Source: an uncultured Acidobacteriota bacterium (lineage in GTDB: Bacteria > Acidobacteriota > Vicinamibacteria > Marinacidobacterales > SMYC01). From it: a stretch of 64,000 nucleotides of DNA. The stretch lies in contig CAWGBY010000021.1 in NCBI GenBank assembly GCA_963820855.1, positions 133,354-197,353 on the forward strand. The letters run 5' to 3'. A model generated the notes under the pieces. The model worked only from the letters and a program-made list of their open reading frames with translations. It was not told where the DNA came from and did not search any database. How positions within the stretch are numbered: position 1 is the stretch's first letter; each line of letters starts with the position of its first letter. The translations under genes were made by a program, and so were the position numbers. This document shows, one piece after another, positions 60,244-64,000 of the stretch.

Positions 60244-62301
60244 ATGACTCGACACATTGGCATAACGTTGACAATCTGGCTCCTGGCGCTTTTGTCGGTA
60301 GCGAGCGCCGAGAAACGGCGGATCGATTTCTCCGACCTCGCTCTTTTGCGGGACGTTTCGGATCCCGAGCTGTCCCCGGACGGCGAGTGGATCGCCTACG
60401 TGGTGCGGACCACGAACCTCGAGAAAGACCGAAGGTACGGCGATGTCTGGATGGCGAGCTGGGACGGGACTCGTTCGATCCAGCTCACCCACACCGCGGA
60501 CGCGAGCGAGAGCGAGCCCCGCTTCAGCCCGGACGGACGATATCTATCGTTTCTCGCCACGCGGAGCAGCGGAGACGACGACGACAAGGAAAAGGCGAAA
60601 GCCCAGGTATGGCTCCTCGATCGCTCCGGGGGAGAGGCGCGGAAGCTGACCGATCTGCCAGGAGGCGTTTCCGACTACACCTGGTCCCCGGATTCCTCGA
60701 AGCTCGCCATCATCGCGTCGGATCCCGATCCCGAAGAGACGAAGAAAGAAGACGAAAAGAAGGACAAGGCGAAGACTCCGAAGCCGATCGTGATCGATCG
60801 GTATCAGTTCAAGCGGGACGGGGAAGGCTATCTCCGGAGACTCCGGGAGCACCTCTATGTATTCGACGTCGCGACGGCGAAGTCGGAGCTCCTGACCCCC
60901 GGCGACTTCGACGAGTCTCTCCCGTCGTGGTCCCCCGACGGGAAACTCATCGCGTTCTCGTCGAAGCGCGGCGGCGATCCCGATCGGCACGAGAACACGG
61001 ACCTCTACGTCATCGAGGCGCGCGCGGGAGCGACGCCGAGACAGGTCACACGGTTCGGCGGCCCCGACAACGACTTCGGAAGTCCCGCGGCCTTCAGCCC
61101 CGACGGGAAGCTCATCGCCTACCTGCGGGGCTCGTCGGAAACGTACACCTCCTACGATATGCCCAGGCTCGCGGTGGTCCCGGTCGCGGGCGGTGAGGAG
61201 CGTCTCGTGGCGCCCGCTCTCGACCGTTCGGTATCGGATCCAGCGTGGTCCGGAGACGGGACGTCCCTCTACTTTCTCCTCGAGGACGATCGGAGTCAGA
61301 TGGTCGCGAGGGTGGCGGTTTCCGGAGGCGCGGTCGAGCGCCTCGCGGAGGCGCCGGGCGTCGTCTACGACATGAGCGTCGGGAAGGGCGATCGGATCGC
61401 CGTCGTCGCTTCGACACCGCATGCGCCCGCGGAGGTGATGGCACTCGAAGGGAAGAGAGCCCGGGCGGTCTCGACCCAGAACCGTGAGCTCATCGCGGCC
61501 CTCGATCTCGGCGCGCTCGAGGGGATCGAGCTCGAGAGCCGCGACGGGACCGAGGTGCACGGCATCCTGGTGAAGCCGCCCGACTACGAGCCCGGCCGCC
61601 GCTATCCGACCATCGCCTATATCCACGGCGGTCCGGTGGGACAGGACGGATTCGAGTTCGATTTCACGTGGCAGCTCCTGGCGGCGAAAGGCTACGTCGT
61701 GGTGTCGCCGAACTATCGCGGTAGCTCGGGACGAGGAAGGGATTTCACCCGCGCCATCGACTCCGACTGGGGGAATCTCGAAGTGCAGGACGTGATCGCG
61801 ACGGTCGATCACCTCGTTGCCCAGGGGATCGCGGACCCCGAGAGGCTCGGCATCGGAGGCTGGAGCTACGGCGGCATGACGACCAACTACACCATCGCGA
61901 CCGACACCAGGTTCAAGGCGGCGGTGAGCGGAGCCGGAGTCTCGAACGCACTCGCGGCCTACGGAACGGATCAGTACATACGGCAGTACGAGAACGAGAT
62001 CGGGCTTCCCTGGAAGGACATCACGCCTTATCTCAAGATCTCGTATCCGTTCTACGAAGCGGAGCGGATCAAGACCCCGACGCTCTTCATGTGCGGCGAG
62101 TACGATTTCAACGTGCCTCTCATCAACTCCGAGCAGATGTACCAGGCTTTGAAGAGCCTCGGAGTCGAGACGCAGCTCGTGATCTACCCCGCGCAGTACC
62201 ACGGCCTCAGCCGGCCCAGTTATCTTCGCGACCGGGCGGAGCGCTACGTCGCGTGGTTCGATCGTTTCCTCAAGGGCGCCGCGACGAGCGGGGAGCCCTA
62301 G
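60244..62301 (+). CDS. S9-family serine peptidase (acylaminoacyl/prolyl oligopeptidase type with beta-propeller), secreted
   Basis: Intact 685-aa ORF. Signal peptide, repeated SPDG propeller motifs, then PTIAYIHGGPVGQD, SPNYRGSSGRGRDF, GIGGWSYGGMTT (GxSxG), GEYDFNVP, YPAQYHGL. Confidence 0.85.
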   Translation: MTRHIGITLTIWLLALLSVASAEKRRIDFSDLALLRDVSDPELSPDGEWIAYVVRTTNLEKDRRYGDVWMASWDGTRSIQLTHTADASESEPRFSPDGRYLSFLATRSSGDDDDKEKAKAQVWLLDRSGGEARKLTDLPGGVSDYTWSPDSSKLAIIASDPDPEETKKEDEKKDKAKTPKPIVIDRYQFKRDGEGYLRRLREHLYVFDVATAKSELLTPGDFDESLPSWSPDGKLIAFSSKRGGDPDRHENTDLYVIEARAGATPRQVTRFGGPDNDFGSPAAFSPDGKLIAYLRGSSETYTSYDMPRLAVVPVAGGEERLVAPALDRSVSDPAWSGDGTSLYFLLEDDRSQMVARVAVSGGAVERLAEAPGVVYDMSVGKGDRIAVVASTPHAPAEVMALEGKRARAVSTQNRELIAALDLGALEGIELESRDGTEVHGILVKPPDYEPGRRYPTIAYIHGGPVGQDGFEFDFTWQLLAAKGYVVVSPNYRGSSGRGRDFTRAIDSDWGNLEVQDVIATVDHLVAQGIADPERLGIGGWSYGGMTTNYTIATDTRFKAAVSGAGVSNALAAYGTDQYIRQYENEIGLPWKDITPYLKISYPFYEAERIKTPTLFMCGEYDFNVPLINSEQMYQALKSLGVETQLVIYPAQYHGLSRPSYLRDRAERYVAWFDRFLKGAATSGEP

Positions 62302-62302
62302 A

Positions 62303-62330
62303 CAGCCATCAGCCATCAGCCATCAGCCAC
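62303..62330 (+). repeat. tandem heptamer repeat (CAGCCAT)x3 + CAGCCAC
   Basis: It starts 2 nt after the TAG at 62299-62301 and lies 63 nt upstream of the ATG at 62393. Confidence 0.8.
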
Positions 62331-62392
62331 GGGTGCCGTGGCGGTCGGCACTCGCCTGTCCGTCATGTATACTGATCTCACCCCGAAAACTC

Positions 62393-62647
62393 ATGGACAG
62401 CGAGCCGGCCCTGCGCCGAATCGAAGAATCCATCGGACCGCTCATCGGCCGCCATATGGCGAAGGCCTCGATCCAGGTTCAATGCAAGAAACTGGGCGTG
62501 ACCGGCGGAAAGATCAGCCCACAGCAGCTCCGCGCCGTTCTCGAAGGAATTGGCAAAGGCATGTTCGTACTGGTGGGGCAGGAGAAGACGAAATCCCTGC
62601 TGCGTGAGCTCGAGAAGGGCCTCGGGCTCGAAGGCGCTACGTCATGA
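62393..62647 (+). CDS. hypothetical small protein (84 aa)
   Basis: Internal Met of ORF 62333..62647: MDSEPALRRIEESIGPLIGRHMAKASIQVQCKKLGVTGGKISPQQLRAVLEGIGKGMFVLVG. Its stop overlaps the next ATG (ATGA). There is no clear SD and I recognise no family. Confidence 0.45.
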   Translation: MDSEPALRRIEESIGPLIGRHMAKASIQVQCKKLGVTGGKISPQQLRAVLEGIGKGMFVLVGQEKTKSLLRELEKGLGLEGATS

Positions 62648-63474
62648 GCTTCGATCGGGTGATGGGCCTCCTGTCGCTTGCCGGCATGGCGCTCATGGGC
62701 GCGATCTTTCTCCCGAAGCTCCTGGCGCCCGATGCCGCCATCTACCGCGACGTTTTGACGCCCGAAGCGATTCTGTTCATCGCGGCTCCGGTAAAACTGG
62801 TGTTTCTTCTCATCGCCGCGATCTACGCCTGCCGCTCCGCCGCTTCCTTCGAGAGAACGAACCCGGTCCGGACCGCCTGGACCCTGATGGCGCTCGGCCT
62901 GTCGGCATACGTCGCGGCGCAGGCCGTTCTGGCGTTCTACCAGCTCGTGCGCGGGCACGCCGCGCCCTTTCCTTCCATCGCCGACTTGTTCTTCCTGCCC
63001 GCGACGGTGCTCCTCGCGGTGAGCCTTTTCCTCTTCGTGAAAGTCTACAAGAGCGTCGGGTTCGAGGTCGCGGAAGCGTTCGAAGTGGGGGTCGTTTTCT
63101 TCTTCGTCCTCTCACTCCTCGCGGTGTTCTTTCTCGTGGTCGGCCGTCCGGTGCTCTCGTCCGATGCTCCCTGGCCGGAACGGGCGCTCAACGTGGCTTA
63201 TCCGGTACTCGACTCGATTCTCCTCATCCCGGCGGTGCTTCTCCTCAAGATGGCGCTTTCCATGCGCGGCGGGGCGCTCTGGAAAGTCTGGATGGCGCTC
63301 CTCCTCGGCTTCGTGTTTCTCGCCGCGGGCGACATTCTCTTCGCCTTTTTCACCACGCTCGGCAAGAGCGGCCTCGACCCGCTCCTCGACGTGGCGTTCG
63401 CCTGGAGCTACATTCTCATCGCCCGCGCCCTCGTCACCCAGCACGGGATCCTCGAAGTCTCAGTCGCGGCCTGA
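62644..63474 (+). CDS. hypothetical polytopic membrane protein (about 7-8 TM helices)
   Basis: Intact ORF with successive hydrophobic helices: LLSLAGMALMGAIFL, LFIAAPVKLVFLLIAAIYA, WTLMALGLSAYVAAQAVLAFY, FFLPATVLLAVSLFLFV, VVFFFVLSLLAVFFLVV, VLDSILLIPAVLLL, WMALLLGFVFLAAGDILFAFF. Confidence 0.55.
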   Translation: MSFDRVMGLLSLAGMALMGAIFLPKLLAPDAAIYRDVLTPEAILFIAAPVKLVFLLIAAIYACRSAASFERTNPVRTAWTLMALGLSAYVAAQAVLAFYQLVRGHAAPFPSIADLFFLPATVLLAVSLFLFVKVYKSVGFEVAEAFEVGVVFFFVLSLLAVFFLVVGRPVLSSDAPWPERALNVAYPVLDSILLIPAVLLLKMALSMRGGALWKVWMALLLGFVFLAAGDILFAFFTTLGKSGLDPLLDVAFAWSYILIARALVTQHGILEVSVAA

Positions 63475-64000
63475 CTACCGGGCGCGCTCGCGGGTGAACG
63501 TCGCCTCCTGCTCGAACACTCGATCGATCTCGCTCAACTCCTGGGGGTGGTTGAGACCGGGAACGACGAGAAGCGTCACTTTGGTCCCCGGGAGCTTTCC
63601 CTCGTAAGCGCGGACGCTATCCATGGCGCCTTCGTTGAGTGAACCGGAGAGCCATAGGGTGTCGCACTTCAGATCGGAGGGCTCGACGGGCGGATAGTCG
63701 AGCATCGCTCCGAGCCACGCGAGCGTCCAGGGCACGATACCGCTCTCCCAGCGGGCGCGGTCGGGCTCCGGAAGCGAAGCGGGCTCGAGCGTTCCGGCCC
63801 GGGCTTTCTCGACCACGGGCGTCCACTTCGAACGGGTGTCCACGATGTACTGTCGGAACGCTCCGGCAGCCGCGGGTCCGAAGGGTATGCCGATATAGAT
63901 CATGGCACTCACTCGATCGGAGCGTGCGGCGAGATACCGCCCGATATTCGCACCGTACGAAAAGCCCCAGAGAGCGAAGCGCGAAGCTCCCGCCTCGTCC
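63475..64000 (-). CDS. alpha/beta-hydrolase-fold protein (5' end beyond window)
   Basis: ORF 63475..63912. Its in-frame upstream continuation reaches the window edge: DEAGASRFALWGFSYGANIGRYLAARSDRV, with a GxSxG nucleophile elbow (GFSYG). Confidence 0.6.
   Translation of the reverse strand, partial: DEAGASRFALWGFSYGANIGRYLAARSDRVSAMIYIGIPFGPAAAGAFRQYIVDTRSKWTPVVEKARAGTLEPASLPEPDRARWESGIVPWTLAWLGAMLDYPPVEPSDLKCDTLWLSGSLNEGAMDSVRAYEGKLPGTKVTLLVVPGLNHPQELSEIDRVFEQEATFTRERAR

Noticed and set aside
60544-62316. Very long ORFs antisense to well-supported genes. Examples: 60544..62316(-), 10965..12176(-), 13507..14328(-), 19292..20716(-), 30099..31724(-), 44449..45642(-), 52885..53988(-), 54003..54974(-), 59345..60217(+).
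   Set aside because: They are Arg/Pro/Gly-rich, low-complexity translations lying opposite genes with clear family motifs. This is the typical stop-codon-poor shadow ORF pattern of a high-GC genome.

Overview
64-kb window of a high-G+C bacterial chromosome (about two thirds G+C by eye, not computed). Gene content suggests Acidobacteriota; this is an inference from two ADOP-type duplicated MacB-like permeases, one coupled to an acidobacterial-style PadR regulator. I call about 55 protein-coding genes. I saw no rRNA, tRNA, CRISPR array, transposase, integrase or phage genes. Main blocks: (i) a LysW amino-group-carrier operon, lysW-lysX-lysY-[class II GATase-like]-lysZ-lysJ, on the minus strand (2.4-7.2 kb); its 54-aa lysW is missing from the supplied ORF track. 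(ii) The cell-shape cluster mreB-mreC-mreD-mrdA-rodA, followed by rng behind a 469-nt ORF-poor spacer (13.7-21.1 kb). (iii) An indel-free block of secreted or lipoprotein hydrolases (SGNH, BNR/sialidase-like, M28, amidohydrolase) plus an orphan ADOP permease (23.2-32.3 kb). (iv) Three consecutive Tat-signal enzymes (two tandem HisC-like aminotransferases and an amidohydrolase_2), then a PadR-ADOP pair with a perfect palindromic operator candidate (33-39.8 kb). (v) S9 peptidase, Fur, a DUF4388-PilZ pair, a second sialidase-like gene and Crp (39.9-45.7 kb). (vi) ExeA-like ATPase plus sulfotransferase, GT4, a multi-PAS hybrid histidine kinase, a VWA protein and an AstE/AspA-family gene (45.7-56.1 kb). 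(vii) Tpx, M61 peptidase, methyltransferase, Map, a second S9 peptidase, membrane proteins and a partial alpha/beta hydrolase. About half of the genes, including essential ones (mrdA, mreC, mreD), are interrupted by clustered 1-nt indels, while multi-kb stretches are clean. I read this as consensus or assembly error rather than pseudogenisation, and I give merged gene coordinates for those genes. I found no unmistakable novel system. The best candidates are the Ntn/GATase-II gene inside a lysW operon that lacks lysK, the Tat-exported aminotransferase pair, a conserved ~35-nt element upstream of two unrelated genes, and a small A/T-rich islet with an orphan gene. All family assignments come from reading motifs by eye; no searches were run.
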